A stretch of DNA of 50,389 nucleotides from a virus (Duplodnaviria > Caudoviricetes): the IMG/VR virus record IMGVR_UViG_3300023099_000003, positions 1 through 50,389 of that record; one strand, given 5' to 3'. The notes below the pieces were generated by a model that was not told where the DNA came from, ran no database searches, and was given only the letters and a program-made list of their open reading frames with translations. Of the stretch, positions 15,423 to 25,460 are shown piece by piece. Both the position numbers and the translations under genes were made by a program. Each line of letters opens with the position of its first letter. Positions within the stretch are counted from its first letter, which is position 1.

Positions 15423-15622
15423 CCATGCTGAACGCTATGACACGGGCCATTATGGAACAGACCGGAGAGAACAAGATAGTTTGCGAAAAGGCCGCGCGAG
15501 CTGGAATTTTAGCCATTCAGCCAAGTTCTGAAATGCTGGAAATTTTAAACGGTGGGGGCCTTCCGTCTTATGTTTGGCAGGACCTTGTGGCCGTCATCCT
15601 AAGCGAGAGGGATGCGGCATAA
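15419..15622 (+). CDS. Hypothetical protein
   Basis: Coupled between the HTH gene and the primase. Confidence 0.6.
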   Translation: MTMLNAMTRAIMEQTGENKIVCEKAARAGILAIQPSSEMLEILNGGGLPSYVWQDLVAVILSERDAA

Positions 15623-18075
15623 TGGAAAAAATGAATAAAACTGAGTGGCAGCAACTCAAGGACGATCACCCGATCGCCACTGTGGTGGGGAATGCGATCA
15701 AGCTAAAAAAGGTCGGGCAAGAGTTCACCGCCTGCTGCCCATTCCATGCTGAAAAAAATGCCAGCTTTACCGTCGTGCCCGCCAAACAATTCGCGCACTG
15801 CTTTGGGTGTGGCTGGCATGGAAATGTCGCCCAATTCGTTGCGGCTTTCAACAATATCCCCATGTGGGAGGCCATCGATTTTCTGACTGGCGGGAAAAAA
15901 TCCAAACAGTCGGACGAGGATATCGCCAAGCGCGAACGCATCATGCAAGAACGCGAGGAAGAAGAAAGGCAATATCGCGAAAAGGCGATCCGGCGCGCCC
16001 GCACGATCTGGGATAATGGAGACCGGATAGACCCATTCCATCCCTACCTTGTCCGCAAGGATGTAAGCGCCAGCTACCTGCAGCAGAACAGTGATGGGCT
16101 TATTCTGGTGCCTGTGTTCGGCCCTGATGGTGAAATCCAGTCGATCCAGACAATTGACGACGCAGGAAAAAAGAAGAACCTGCCTGGCGCACCCATGGCT
16201 TATGGCCGCATGAATGTCGGAATATTCGCGGGCCGGAAAATCCTGTGTGAGGGATATGCGACTGCCGCCAGCATCAATGATGCCACAGCCGATATGACAG
16301 TGGTGACATTTGGCGTCGAGAATATGGAGAAAGTCGCGCGGGAAATGGCTGAGGCCGGGGAATATATCATCCTTGCCCCAGACACCGGAACAATTGACCG
16401 CATGGTCAAGCTGGGCCGCGAGTTGGATTGCCCTGTCGTTTCCCCCGCCACAGATTTGGTGTTTCCCGATACGGGAGAGATAGGTAAGGACTTTAACGAT
16501 CAGGCCCAAATTCGCGGCAATGATGATGTTGCCAAAGCATTCAAGGTTGCCATCAAAGCCTTTGCTCAGGAAAAAACACGCCGCGATGAACTGCGCCGTG
16601 AGGATACGGGTCCGGTAGATCTTTGGGCCAAGCCTGAGCCGCCAGACTTCCCTCTGGGTATTTTCCCCGACAAGATCGAGCGCATGGCTGTAGCGCGTGG
16701 CGAGCAAATCGGGTGCGACCCAGCCGGTATTGCCATTGCCGGGATTGTCGCTTGTGGCGCGGCTATATCTGACACGATTACGCTCAAAATGAATCGTAAT
16801 GAGCCGTGGTGGGAGCGGGCTTGCATGTGGGGTCTGTTGATCGGGGTTCCGTCAACAAACAAGTCCGCCATGCTCAAGGTTGCGACAGGCAAGATCAAGG
16901 AAATCGATAAAGGCATGATGCTGGCTAATAACCGCGCCATGCTCGATTGGCAGGATGCCGGCGGCACAAAAAGTGGCGATCCATCACCCCCGCACCCGCG
17001 CTTGCGTATTGAAGATACGACAATGGAAGCCGCGCAAGAAGTCTGCCGCTATAGCCCTGATGGAATCCTGTCCATCCAGGATGAAATGGAGGGCTTCTTT
17101 GGGGGTATCGAAAAATACGCCGGGGGCAAGGGCGGTGGCCGTGATCGGTCATTCTGGATTGGCGCATACAATGGTGGGTCCTACACGGTAAACCGCATTG
17201 GACGCGGCGGTCCAGGCGGGTTCATTATCGACAACCTATCCATGTCTATGATCGGGGGGATCCAGCCAGATCCGGTGAAGCGCATTATGTCAGGCCTGTC
17301 CGATAACGGGTTGATGCAGCGCTTTATGCCCATTGTCCTGAAGGATGGATATTTTGGTGAGGATAAGCCAATCCCCCCCGTAGCAGAGGAATATGATGGC
17401 CTGATCGAACAGCTTCATTCCCTGAGGATCAAGCGCGAGGGCGGGTTCTTTTTAAGAGACTATCTCGAATTTGATGATGAGGCGCAGGAGATCCAGTATC
17501 GCACATCGCGCTTCCATTTCGAGCGCATGAAGGCCCTCGAAAGCGTCAACCCGATGCTCTCGACCCACATGGGCAAGTTCAATGGTTTCTTTGGCCGTCT
17601 GTGCATCATCTGGCACTGCATTGAACACGCCGGGGAAGAATTGCCGCAAAAGATTTCAGTTGAAACGGCGTCCAAGGTTGAGGCGTTCCTGCATGATTTC
17701 CTGATGGCCCATTCAACAGCTTTCTATGTCGGTATGCTCGGGATGACACCAGACCATGACCGCCTGACTGCCGTTGCTGGCTATATCGTGGCTCACAAGC
17801 TGGAAACCGTCACCATGCGCACCATTGGTCAGAATGTGCGCGCCATGAAGAAGATTGACCGCCAGGAAGCCGCTGCCGTGTTCGAGCAGCTTGAGGCTCT
17901 TGGGTGGCTTGAGCAGGACCACAAGCGCAAGGATGCACCATCATGGAAGGTGGACCCGCAAGTCCATATCAAGTTTGAAATGAAGGGCCTGAAGGAGGCT
18001 GAGCAGCGCGCCGAGGTTCGCAAGATTATCGCTGAGACGGTTGAGGATCGACGCGCGGCAAGGAGGGGTGAATGA
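15622..18075 (+). CDS. DNA primase (CHC2 Zn finger + TOPRIM) fused to a DUF3987-like helicase/ATPase
   Basis: CPFHAE...HCFGC, CEGYATA, KDFND, GVPSTNKS, QDE, GGIQP, GLMQRF. Confidence 0.88.
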   Translation: MEKMNKTEWQQLKDDHPIATVVGNAIKLKKVGQEFTACCPFHAEKNASFTVVPAKQFAHCFGCGWHGNVAQFVAAFNNIPMWEAIDFLTGGKKSKQSDEDIAKRERIMQEREEEERQYREKAIRRARTIWDNGDRIDPFHPYLVRKDVSASYLQQNSDGLILVPVFGPDGEIQSIQTIDDAGKKKNLPGAPMAYGRMNVGIFAGRKILCEGYATAASINDATADMTVVTFGVENMEKVAREMAEAGEYIILAPDTGTIDRMVKLGRELDCPVVSPATDLVFPDTGEIGKDFNDQAQIRGNDDVAKAFKVAIKAFAQEKTRRDELRREDTGPVDLWAKPEPPDFPLGIFPDKIERMAVARGEQIGCDPAGIAIAGIVACGAAISDTITLKMNRNEPWWERACMWGLLIGVPSTNKSAMLKVATGKIKEIDKGMMLANNRAMLDWQDAGGTKSGDPSPPHPRLRIEDTTMEAAQEVCRYSPDGILSIQDEMEGFFGGIEKYAGGKGGGRDRSFWIGAYNGGSYTVNRIGRGGPGGFIIDNLSMSMIGGIQPDPVKRIMSGLSDNGLMQRFMPIVLKDGYFGEDKPIPPVAEEYDGLIEQLHSLRIKREGGFFLRDYLEFDDEAQEIQYRTSRFHFERMKALESVNPMLSTHMGKFNGFFGRLCIIWHCIEHAGEELPQKISVETASKVEAFLHDFLMAHSTAFYVGMLGMTPDHDRLTAVAGYIVAHKLETVTMRTIGQNVRAMKKIDRQEAAAVFEQLEALGWLEQDHKRKDAPSWKVDPQVHIKFEMKGLKEAEQRAEVRKIIAETVEDRRAARRGE

Positions 18076-18080
18076 AAACT

Positions 18081-18223
18081 GTCTACGGTTGTCTACGGTT
18101 AAAATGGCAAAAACAGGCCCAGACCGTAGACGACCGTAGCTTGTGTGTAATAGATATTTTTAAAACCTTTTTTCTACCGAAAGCGCACGTCGCGCGCGCG
18201 CATAAGCACCACTTGTCTACGGT
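18081..18223. repeat. Candidate replication origin with GTCTACGGT iterons
   Basis: Copies at 18081, 18091 and 18215, inverted copies at 18123 and (partial) 18133, with an AT-rich tract between them; directly after the primase-helicase. Confidence 0.6.
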
Positions 18224-18241
18224 CTGTTTTAGGAGAATTTT

Positions 18242-18415
18242 ATGAGAAAATGCTCGACCTGCCAGTTTTGGGATCGCTACGTGATGAATGACGGGGTTTG
18301 CAGATTTAATCCTCCTATCATGTTGAAGGATGAAAAGTTCGGCGTATGGCCAGCAGTGGAGGGCGATGATTGGTGCGGGAAGTTCGAGCCTAAAGGCATC
18401 GCAATCCAGAAATGA
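18242..18415 (+). CDS. 57-aa four-Cys protein (not in ORF track)
   Basis: MRKCSTCQFW...GVCRFNPP...WPAVEGDDWCGKF; AGGAGA RBS. Confidence 0.75.
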   Translation: MRKCSTCQFWDRYVMNDGVCRFNPPIMLKDEKFGVWPAVEGDDWCGKFEPKGIAIQK

Positions 18416-18603
18416 CCTACACCGGACCCTTACCCCCAACCTTCACCCCCACCCAATGGCGGCGACCCGATACGGGCGAGATGAAACTGCAAGTCGTCTA
18501 TCGCTCAGGCTGGGTGGACCGTGAGCCATGCACCGCTGGCCAACGCAGATGGACTGATACCGGGTCGGAGTGGGATATTGTAGGGGTGAAGAAATGGGGT
18601 TGA
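18412..18603 (+). CDS. Hypothetical protein
   Basis: ATGA-coupled; ends RWTDTGSEWDIVGVKKWG. Confidence 0.6.
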   Translation: MTYTGPLPPTFTPTQWRRPDTGEMKLQVVYRSGWVDREPCTAGQRRWTDTGSEWDIVGVKKWG

Positions 18604-18652
18604 CGGGGTAAAAGGGTTAGTGCATATAAGGGGCATTGAAGAGATGGAGAAT
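18600..18652 (+). promoter_or_regulatory. Repeated promoter/RBS cassette
   Basis: TTGACG...GGGTTAGTGCATATAA...GATGGAGAAT. Confidence 0.65.
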
Positions 18653-18657
18653 TTGAA

Positions 18658-18846
18658 ATGAGCTTTGAACTTCAGCAGACCGTAGAAACAATCACCGCTC
18701 GTTACGACGCCGCACGGATGCTCGACAGCAACCCGGAATATGTTGCCCGTAGGGATGCTCGCCTTGCCGCAGACACCGCAGACTATTACCGCGAACGCCG
18801 CCTCAAGAATATCCGGCGATACTTGCGTGAAAGGGCCGCACGGTGA
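18658..18846 (+). CDS. Hypothetical protein
   Basis: Follows the cassette RBS. Confidence 0.6.
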   Translation: MSFELQQTVETITARYDAARMLDSNPEYVARRDARLAADTADYYRERRLKNIRRYLRERAAR

Positions 18847-19115
18847 AGGTCCACGCCGCAACCTACTGGGGGACGCGTGGCCTCACGTTTTGTGGCATCA
18901 GGGTTACTGGCCGTGTCGGTGACACTGAACGCGCAACCGGCCCCAAGCACAATCCGGTGCGGACGAGCCGCAAGCCATCAGAAATAACCTGTGGTTCTTG
19001 CAACCGAGTTCGATACTAACCCACTTGACACCCCCGCCTCATAAAGCCATACCCCAAACCGCAAGGGTCGAGGTGCTCCATCCCTCCCCTTGCAACCAAC
19101 CCAGCATGGAGATAG

Positions 19116-19562
19116 ATGGGGATTGTTATGTATAGGTTCCTTTTTCCCCTACTGGCTCTAGCCACCCCTGCCACGGCTCAAGTCACCCACAAGGTGAATG
19201 AGTTCACGGGCAAGCAATCCTTCGAGATCAATCGTGGCCCAACTGAACCGGCATGGTCGGTTGATTGCGACCCCGAGTGCCAGCCCCCGGTATTCATCAC
19301 CGCCGTCAAGGCAAGCAGCCGCACGGGGTATAATACCGCTACCATTCGCGGTGGGCAGGAATTGCTGTTTGTGGACGGCGGCAAGGTTGTGGGTGCATGT
19401 GATCGCTATGGGTGCCATGTGACCCAGATTGTTGCGTTGGTGGTCCCTGCGTTCCCCCAAGGCGGTGAAGTCATGCTGACAGGCTCTGCGCCTGATTTGG
19501 TGGTGCAGATGGACCAGAAGGATTATGACGAGCTGATGGAGGCTGTTGGTCGTGGCGGGTAA
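19116..19562 (+). CDS. Putative secreted/periplasmic protein
   Basis: Signal-peptide-like MYRFLFPLLALATPATAQ, Cys pairs; TTGACA at 19025. Confidence 0.65.
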   Translation: MGIVMYRFLFPLLALATPATAQVTHKVNEFTGKQSFEINRGPTEPAWSVDCDPECQPPVFITAVKASSRTGYNTATIRGGQELLFVDGGKVVGACDRYGCHVTQIVALVVPAFPQGGEVMLTGSAPDLVVQMDQKDYDELMEAVGRGG

Positions 19563-19950
19563 GGTTGCTCAATCCAAGCTAGACAACCCGGCTATCATCA
19601 AAGAGCTTTGCACTCGCCTTGCATCGGGCGAGGCCATGCACGTTATCTGCCAAGATAAGCATATGCCATCGTCCAGCATGGTCTATGCGCGTATGGGTGA
19701 GGATGAAGACTTTCGGACAATTATCGCGGGCGCGCGCGAAGCTCAGCAAGAGTTTGAAGCGGACAATATCATCCGCATGGCAGACGAGGCCACCGAGGAA
19801 GATTGGCAGGTAGTGAAGCTCCGTATTTGGGCGCGTCAATGGCGCGCGTCGAAGTTGGCTCCCAAACGCTACGGCGATAAACTGGATCTATCCAGCAGTG
19901 ATGGCTCCATGACCCCAGCGCGAGAGCCTAGCTATAAGCTGGTGGACTGA
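19546..19950 (+). CDS. terS: Terminase small subunit
   Basis: ICQDKHMPS..., RQWRASKLAPKRYGDK; immediately upstream of TerL. Confidence 0.88.
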   Translation: MVVAGKVAQSKLDNPAIIKELCTRLASGEAMHVICQDKHMPSSSMVYARMGEDEDFRTIIAGAREAQQEFEADNIIRMADEATEEDWQVVKLRIWARQWRASKLAPKRYGDKLDLSSSDGSMTPAREPSYKLVD

Positions 19951-21398
19951 TGGCCAGCCTGCCGGTTGATGACGCGCCGGTTTTCGACTGCCCCATCCCC
20001 GGTATATTTCGGCCATTCCTGCAGGCCGCACGATTCAAGTGCGCCTATGGTGGCCGGGGTAGTTCCAAGACGCGGACCGTCATCACCCTTCTGGTCAACA
20101 ACGTGCTACACGCTGGGTGGCGCGTGGTGTGCTTCCGCGAACTGATGGAGGCGATTGCCGAGAGCAGTTACCAGGAAATTGTCGAAGAAATCGATCGCCG
20201 CAATCTGGGCGCGTTCTTCAACATCAAGCAAACCGAAATCACTTGCCCCTCGTCTGGCGGCGTGTTCAAGTTTTCAGGCCTCCGCGCCAGTTCCAAGCGG
20301 CTGCAAAATCAAAAGCTCAAGGGCTTCTCCAATTTCGATGCGGCATTCATTGATGAGGGTGAAAGCATCACCAAGGATAGCTGGAATGCGCTGGTGCCGA
20401 CCATGCGCAAGTCCGGCTCCGAGATTTACGTCTGCTTCAACCCCGCCAGCCCCTTGGATTTCATCTATCAGGCATTTGTCACTGAGCCGATTTACCCGGC
20501 TGAATTGCATGGCAAGCCCTACTGCATCACACTGAAGGTCAACTACACGGACAACCCGTTCTTCCCGCAAGAGCTGGAGGATGATGCCGAGTTGATGCGG
20601 GTGGTGGACCCTGAGCTTTACCGCCATGTCTATCTGGGCGAGCCTGTCGCGGATAATGCGCTGGCGATCATCAAGCCGACATGGGTTGAGGCGGCTGTGG
20701 ACGCCCACCTATATATTCCCAACTTCCCCACTGGCGGCGGGCGGATTGGCGGCATGGACGTATCTGGAGGCGTTGAGGGTGATGTGATCGCGCCCAAGTC
20801 GAACGACCCCAATGCTCTCGCATGGCGCTATGGCTGCGTGTTGTCTGGCCTGGATGAATGGCACGATGAAAACCCCAACAAGGCCGCTGCCTATGCCTAT
20901 CCCATTGTCCAGCGCGAGAAGCTGGACACGTTGCATATAGACGATATTGGGGTAGGCGCGTCAGTGCCGGGTGAGTTCAAGCGTTTGGCTGGCAATGACA
21001 AGAGTTGCGCCTTTGTCGGTTGGACGGCTTCTGAAAAGCCCGTGAATGACGACAAGGAATATCAGCCTGGCAAGACCCATGGCGATATGTTTGCCAACCT
21101 CAAGGCCCAAGGCTGGGGGATGCTGGGCGACCGATTCCGCAACACATGGCAAGCCCGCAACGGTCTGCCCTATGATGCCGATCAGTTGATTTCCATCCCG
21201 TCCGGTCTGCCTATGCGGGCCAAGCTGCAGGCCGAACTGTCGCAACCTCGCCGTGAAAGCGTCAATGGGCGCATGAAGGTGGAGGGCAAGAAGTCACTCA
21301 AGGCGCGCGGCGTTCCATCGCACAACCTTGCCGACGCGGTGGTCATGGCGTATGCGACAGAAAAGCGCACAGGTTATAACTGGGATGCATTCAAATGA
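19950..21398 (+). CDS. terL: Terminase large subunit (PBSX-like)
   Basis: YGGRGSSKT, FIDEGE, FNP, DNPFFP, HNLADA. Confidence 0.93.
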   Translation: MASLPVDDAPVFDCPIPGIFRPFLQAARFKCAYGGRGSSKTRTVITLLVNNVLHAGWRVVCFRELMEAIAESSYQEIVEEIDRRNLGAFFNIKQTEITCPSSGGVFKFSGLRASSKRLQNQKLKGFSNFDAAFIDEGESITKDSWNALVPTMRKSGSEIYVCFNPASPLDFIYQAFVTEPIYPAELHGKPYCITLKVNYTDNPFFPQELEDDAELMRVVDPELYRHVYLGEPVADNALAIIKPTWVEAAVDAHLYIPNFPTGGGRIGGMDVSGGVEGDVIAPKSNDPNALAWRYGCVLSGLDEWHDENPNKAAAYAYPIVQREKLDTLHIDDIGVGASVPGEFKRLAGNDKSCAFVGWTASEKPVNDDKEYQPGKTHGDMFANLKAQGWGMLGDRFRNTWQARNGLPYDADQLISIPSGLPMRAKLQAELSQPRRESVNGRMKVEGKKSLKARGVPSHNLADAVVMAYATEKRTGYNWDAFK

Positions 21399-22732
21399 CT
21401 GAAGCCACAATCGTCAATGATGCCGCGCTGATGGACAGCCTGCGCAATGTCGTGGCCAACCTTGGCACTGCCAGAGACAAGGCCTCGTCAAGCCAATATG
21501 TCTTTACCGAGCAGACCGATGATGATTTAATCCATGCCTATCGCGGTGCATGGCTTCCGCGCGCCATTGTGGATATTCCCGCAGAGGATGCCACACGCAA
21601 GTGGCGGCAGTGGAAGGCTGAGGCTGAGCAGATCACCAAGATCGAGGCGCTGGAAAAGAAGTTGGGTGTTAACCGCAAGGTTGAAGCCGCCCTGAAAATG
21701 TCTCGCCTGCTGGGCGGCTCCGCACTGTATATTTCGACCAATGAAACCAACCCTGAGCAGCCGCTGAAGCCTGAGCGTATTCGTGAGCTGCGCGGGTTGA
21801 CCCTTCTGACCAAGATGGATCTGACGCCTGACGAGATGGTCAAGGACATTGAAAGCGAATATTACGGCAAGGCTGAATATTACAAACTGGCCCGCCGCGA
21901 TGGAACTGCAGAGCAGAAAATCCATGCGTCTCGCCTTGTGCTGTTTGAGGGCAACCCCGTGCCTGACCAGATGCGCCTTGAGCGGGGCTGGGGTGATAGC
22001 GCCCTACAGCCGGTGATGGATGCTGTCCTGTCGCACGATAGTTCGGTTGCCAATATCGTATCGCTGATCTTCGAGGCGAAGATTGACGTTATGCGGTTTG
22101 AGGGCTTTGCTGAAAAGCTGTCCGATGGATGCGGCACCACTATCATGACGAACCGCCTTATCTTGCAAGCGGCCATGAAGGGCATCAACGGTGCGCTGAT
22201 CATGGATAAGCAGGACGAGTATGATTCCAAGACTGCCTCATTTGGTGGGCTGGATGCATTGCTTGAGCGGTTCGGCTATTTGGTGGCCGGCGCTGCGGAA
22301 ATCCCGGCCACTCGGCTGTTTGGTCGTTCTGCTGCCGGCCTGTCTGGTTCTGGCGATGGCGATGAGCGGGTTTATTATGACCGTATCGGTCACGAGCAGT
22401 CTAATCGTATCGAGCCGGCCATGACGGTGCTGGATGAATGTCTGATTCAGTCGGCCCTTGGTTCGCGTCCGCCTGAGATATGGTATGAGTGGAAGCCCCT
22501 GCGGCAGGTTTCCGAAAAGGAGCGCGCCGAGATATTCAAGACGACTGCCGATGCCGCGCGGACGCTGGCCGGCGCAACGGCAGGCGAGATTATCCCGCTG
22601 GATGTGCTGTCCGATTGCGTTACCAATGAATTGATCGAGCAGGGCGTTCTGCCAGGGCTTGAGGCGGCGACCAAGGAATATGGCTCGCTTAGTGAGCAGG
22701 ATATTGTGCCGGGCGAGGGTGAGGATGCTTAA
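21395..22732 (+). CDS. Portal protein (DUF1073 type)
   Basis: IVDIPAEDATRKW, IHASRL, GWGDS, AEIPATRLFGRSAAGL; position after TerL. Confidence 0.88.
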   Translation: MTEATIVNDAALMDSLRNVVANLGTARDKASSSQYVFTEQTDDDLIHAYRGAWLPRAIVDIPAEDATRKWRQWKAEAEQITKIEALEKKLGVNRKVEAALKMSRLLGGSALYISTNETNPEQPLKPERIRELRGLTLLTKMDLTPDEMVKDIESEYYGKAEYYKLARRDGTAEQKIHASRLVLFEGNPVPDQMRLERGWGDSALQPVMDAVLSHDSSVANIVSLIFEAKIDVMRFEGFAEKLSDGCGTTIMTNRLILQAAMKGINGALIMDKQDEYDSKTASFGGLDALLERFGYLVAGAAEIPATRLFGRSAAGLSGSGDGDERVYYDRIGHEQSNRIEPAMTVLDECLIQSALGSRPPEIWYEWKPLRQVSEKERAEIFKTTADAARTLAGATAGEIIPLDVLSDCVTNELIEQGVLPGLEAATKEYGSLSEQDIVPGEGEDA

Positions 22733-22771
22733 CCCTTGCGAAACAAACCCTGACGCTGTAAAGGCCAGCCT

Positions 22772-23893
22772 ATGACAATGTTGCGCTTCACCGATGCTGT
22801 AACGCTAGATGGCTCCGTCAATGTAACGGATCGCGGTCTGGTCGCTCTTGCAAAGGCCGCGCGCACCGGCATTCAGGAATATCTGGGGTCCGAAGTCGGG
22901 CGTCCCGATATTCCGATTGTTCGTGTCTGGCGTCCTGCTGATGAAGTGTTTGCCGATGCCGCTCTGGCGTCATTCAGCCATGCTCCGATCACGATGGACC
23001 ACCCCAGCGAACTGGTGACGCCGGATAATTGGGATAACTATGCGGTTGGCGAAGTTTCCACCGCAGCCGAGATTGACCGCCAGTGGGTTTCGCTTCCGCT
23101 GATCGTCAAATCGGCCAATGCCATTGATGCAATCAAGGGCGGAAAAAACCAGTTATCAGCGGGCTATTCCTGCCGGATTGACTGGACTGCAGGGACTACC
23201 GAAGATGGGGAAACATACGATGCCGTCCAGCGCGGCATTGTGATCAATCACGTTGCCATTGTGGATGCCGCCCGCGCAGGGCCGGACGCCCGCATTGGCG
23301 ATGACAAGAAAGTCTGGGGTGTTTCCCCCATTCACTCGGGCGGTCCGCCCGCCATCCAGACGGACAAAGGAGTTGCCATGTCCACTGTTACTGTTGTGCT
23401 GGGCGATAAGGCTGTGCAGGTTGCTGCCACCGATGCGCCCGCTGTTGAAGCCTTCAAGGCTGAGGCGGTTTCCAATCTGGCGGCGCTTGCTGCCACCCAT
23501 GATGCTGCCTTGGCCGCCAAGGACGCCGATCTTGCCAAGAAGGACGCCGAAATCGACGCCCTCCAGGCCAAGGTTCTGGACGAAAGCGCCCTTGACGCTG
23601 CTGTAGCGGCTCGCGGCGATCTTATCGCCAAGGCCAAGGCTATCGCGCCTGATGTCAAGACTGACGGTCTTTCGGACGCTGGCATTCGCAAGGCTGTTGT
23701 GCTTGCGATTGTGGGTGATGCGGCAAAGGATAAGGCTGACGCCTATATCGATGCCCGTTTCGACATTCTGGCTGAGGATGCGGACAAGGTTGATCCCGTT
23801 CGCTTCCAGATTGCCACCACCGGAGTCTCGGATTCCGACAACAAAGCTCATGCCGGCTATCTTGGCCGCATGACTGGCCGCAAGGAGGCTTGA
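22772..23893 (+). CDS. Head maturation protease/scaffold (DUF2213 type)
   Basis: ARTGIQEY, PITMDHP, LSAGY, NHVAIVDAARAG; Ala-rich coiled-coil C-terminus. Confidence 0.88.
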   Translation: MTMLRFTDAVTLDGSVNVTDRGLVALAKAARTGIQEYLGSEVGRPDIPIVRVWRPADEVFADAALASFSHAPITMDHPSELVTPDNWDNYAVGEVSTAAEIDRQWVSLPLIVKSANAIDAIKGGKNQLSAGYSCRIDWTAGTTEDGETYDAVQRGIVINHVAIVDAARAGPDARIGDDKKVWGVSPIHSGGPPAIQTDKGVAMSTVTVVLGDKAVQVAATDAPAVEAFKAEAVSNLAALAATHDAALAAKDADLAKKDAEIDALQAKVLDESALDAAVAARGDLIAKAKAIAPDVKTDGLSDAGIRKAVVLAIVGDAAKDKADAYIDARFDILAEDADKVDPVRFQIATTGVSDSDNKAHAGYLGRMTGRKEA

Positions 23894-23896
23894 ACT

Positions 23897-24400
23897 ATGG
23901 CACTTCTCCCCGCTCCCAAGACCAAGCCTGCCAAGGGTTCGCCCGGTCAGTTCCAGAATATGGAAGAATGGAACGCCTTTACCGCGTTCGCTTCCGGCAC
24001 CAGCACCAAGGCCATCGGCTTCGGCGTTCCCGTATCGCTCAACGGCGTTGCGGCTGACGGCACGGCCAATGTCAAGACGCTTGCGACTACCGAGCGCCTT
24101 GCCGGCATCACGCAGGAAAACATCTCCACGCGCGGCACCACTCAGCTTCTTTATGCTGATGGCGAAACGCTTGGCGTTGTAACCATGGGCGTGATCTTCG
24201 GCGCACCTGCAGGTGCAGCCCTGACTGCTGGCGGCGTTGTCTGGTGGAACCCCGCTGACAACACCTTCCGTGCAGCCACGGGCACCGGCTTTATGCTGCT
24301 TCCCGGCTGCCGCTATGACCAGTCGGTTGCAAGCGGTGAGCCTGCGATCATCCGTATCAATGTTGCGCCTGACAGCGCAGCTATCACCGCTGCCACGTAA
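23897..24400 (+). CDS. Capsid decoration/cement protein
   Basis: 167 aa between scaffold and capsid; IGFGVPV, GVVTMGVI. Confidence 0.7.
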   Translation: MALLPAPKTKPAKGSPGQFQNMEEWNAFTAFASGTSTKAIGFGVPVSLNGVAADGTANVKTLATTERLAGITQENISTRGTTQLLYADGETLGVVTMGVIFGAPAGAALTAGGVVWWNPADNTFRAATGTGFMLLPGCRYDQSVASGEPAIIRINVAPDSAAITAAT

Positions 24401-24413
24401 GGGGGCCTGACCA

Positions 24414-25409
24414 ATGAATATGATGATCTCAGACGCGCAGGGCCTTAATTTCCTTCGCCAGCAGACGCATGTCCTTTCGAACCGTGCGTTCGAACAGGAA
24501 TACGACCTTGTAAACTGGGCCGAACTGGTCCCGGTCAATACCGACTATCCCGAATGGGCCAGCGGTGTTGACTTCCAGGTTGGCGACATGACGGGCGCCG
24601 CTCAGTGGCAGTCCGGCTATGCCAAGGATGTTCCGCTTGCAGATGTAAAGCTGCTTTCCGTATCCTCGCAGTTTGCGATGTATGCGGTGGGCTATCGCTA
24701 CAATGTCGAAGAAGTGGGTAAGGCGCTGTTCGCCGGCTATCCGCTGACCGCCCGCAAGGCTATTTCGGCCCGTCAGGCTGCTGACATCTTCTGCGCTGAA
24801 ACTGCGCTTTATGGTGCCGGTCATCCCGGTTGGTCGGGTCTGCTTAACCTGACTGGTGTAACGCCTACCGTTTCCCCGAATACGGGCACGGGTTCGGCGC
24901 GTAACTGGGTTGATGCTAATGGTGTTGGCCTCAAGGAGCCGGAACAGATTGTTGCAGAACTGGATCTGCTGCTTGTTGGCCCGTCACTGACGACCGGCAT
25001 TCTGGCAAGCCTGATCGGCAACACGCTGCTTCTGCCGCCTGCTGCATACCGCTATCTGGCGACTACGCCTTATGGTGTGACTTCACCCAATGCCACGATC
25101 CTGTCGTGGTATATGGCGAACAACATCTACACCACGCGCACTGGCCAACCTCTGACCATTCGGGATATGCCAATCCTCGCCAGCGCTGCCACGGCCACAT
25201 CGCCAAACGTAGCGGGCCAGGGTCGCGCAGTTGGCTATCGCAATTCTTCGGATGCGATGGAATTGCCGATGCCTATGGTGTTCAACTTCCGTCCTGTTTA
25301 TCAGGATGGTCCGTTGCAATATGCGGTCCCCGGAATTGGCCGCGTTGGCCAGCTGATCCAGATCCGCGACACTGTGCGCTATCTGGATGGCGTTACGCCC
25401 GCGCCGTAA
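24414..25409 (+). CDS. Major capsid protein (DUF2184 type)
   Basis: 331 aa, strong codon bias, DVPLAD, GYRYNVEE, RYLDG; followed by a terminator. Confidence 0.88.
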   Translation: MNMMISDAQGLNFLRQQTHVLSNRAFEQEYDLVNWAELVPVNTDYPEWASGVDFQVGDMTGAAQWQSGYAKDVPLADVKLLSVSSQFAMYAVGYRYNVEEVGKALFAGYPLTARKAISARQAADIFCAETALYGAGHPGWSGLLNLTGVTPTVSPNTGTGSARNWVDANGVGLKEPEQIVAELDLLLVGPSLTTGILASLIGNTLLLPPAAYRYLATTPYGVTSPNATILSWYMANNIYTTRTGQPLTIRDMPILASAATATSPNVAGQGRAVGYRNSSDAMELPMPMVFNFRPVYQDGPLQYAVPGIGRVGQLIQIRDTVRYLDGVTPAP

Positions 25410-25411
25410 TG

Positions 25412-25447
25412 AAAATGGGGGTCTGGGTAACTGGACCCCCACATTTT
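25412..25447 (+). terminator. Rho-independent terminator after the capsid gene
   Basis: GGGGGTC..GACCCCC stem followed by CATTTT. Confidence 0.65.
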
Positions 25448-25460
25448 GAAAGAGCCGGAC

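Noticed and set aside
15703-16707. 334-aa antisense ORF in the primase (likewise 38670..39734 in the TMP)
   Set aside because: Antisense shadows of well-supported genes
18081-18223. CRISPR-like array
   Set aside because: The repeats are 9 bp, irregularly spaced and in both orientations
21395-22732. Possible anti-CBASS (Acb1) label sometimes given to this family
   Set aside because: Size, motifs and position indicate a portal protein; no separate 2H-phosphoesterase domain was seen
23156-24538. 460-aa antisense ORF
   Set aside because: It lies opposite strongly codon-biased head genes and has no motifs; a typical high-GC shadow ORF
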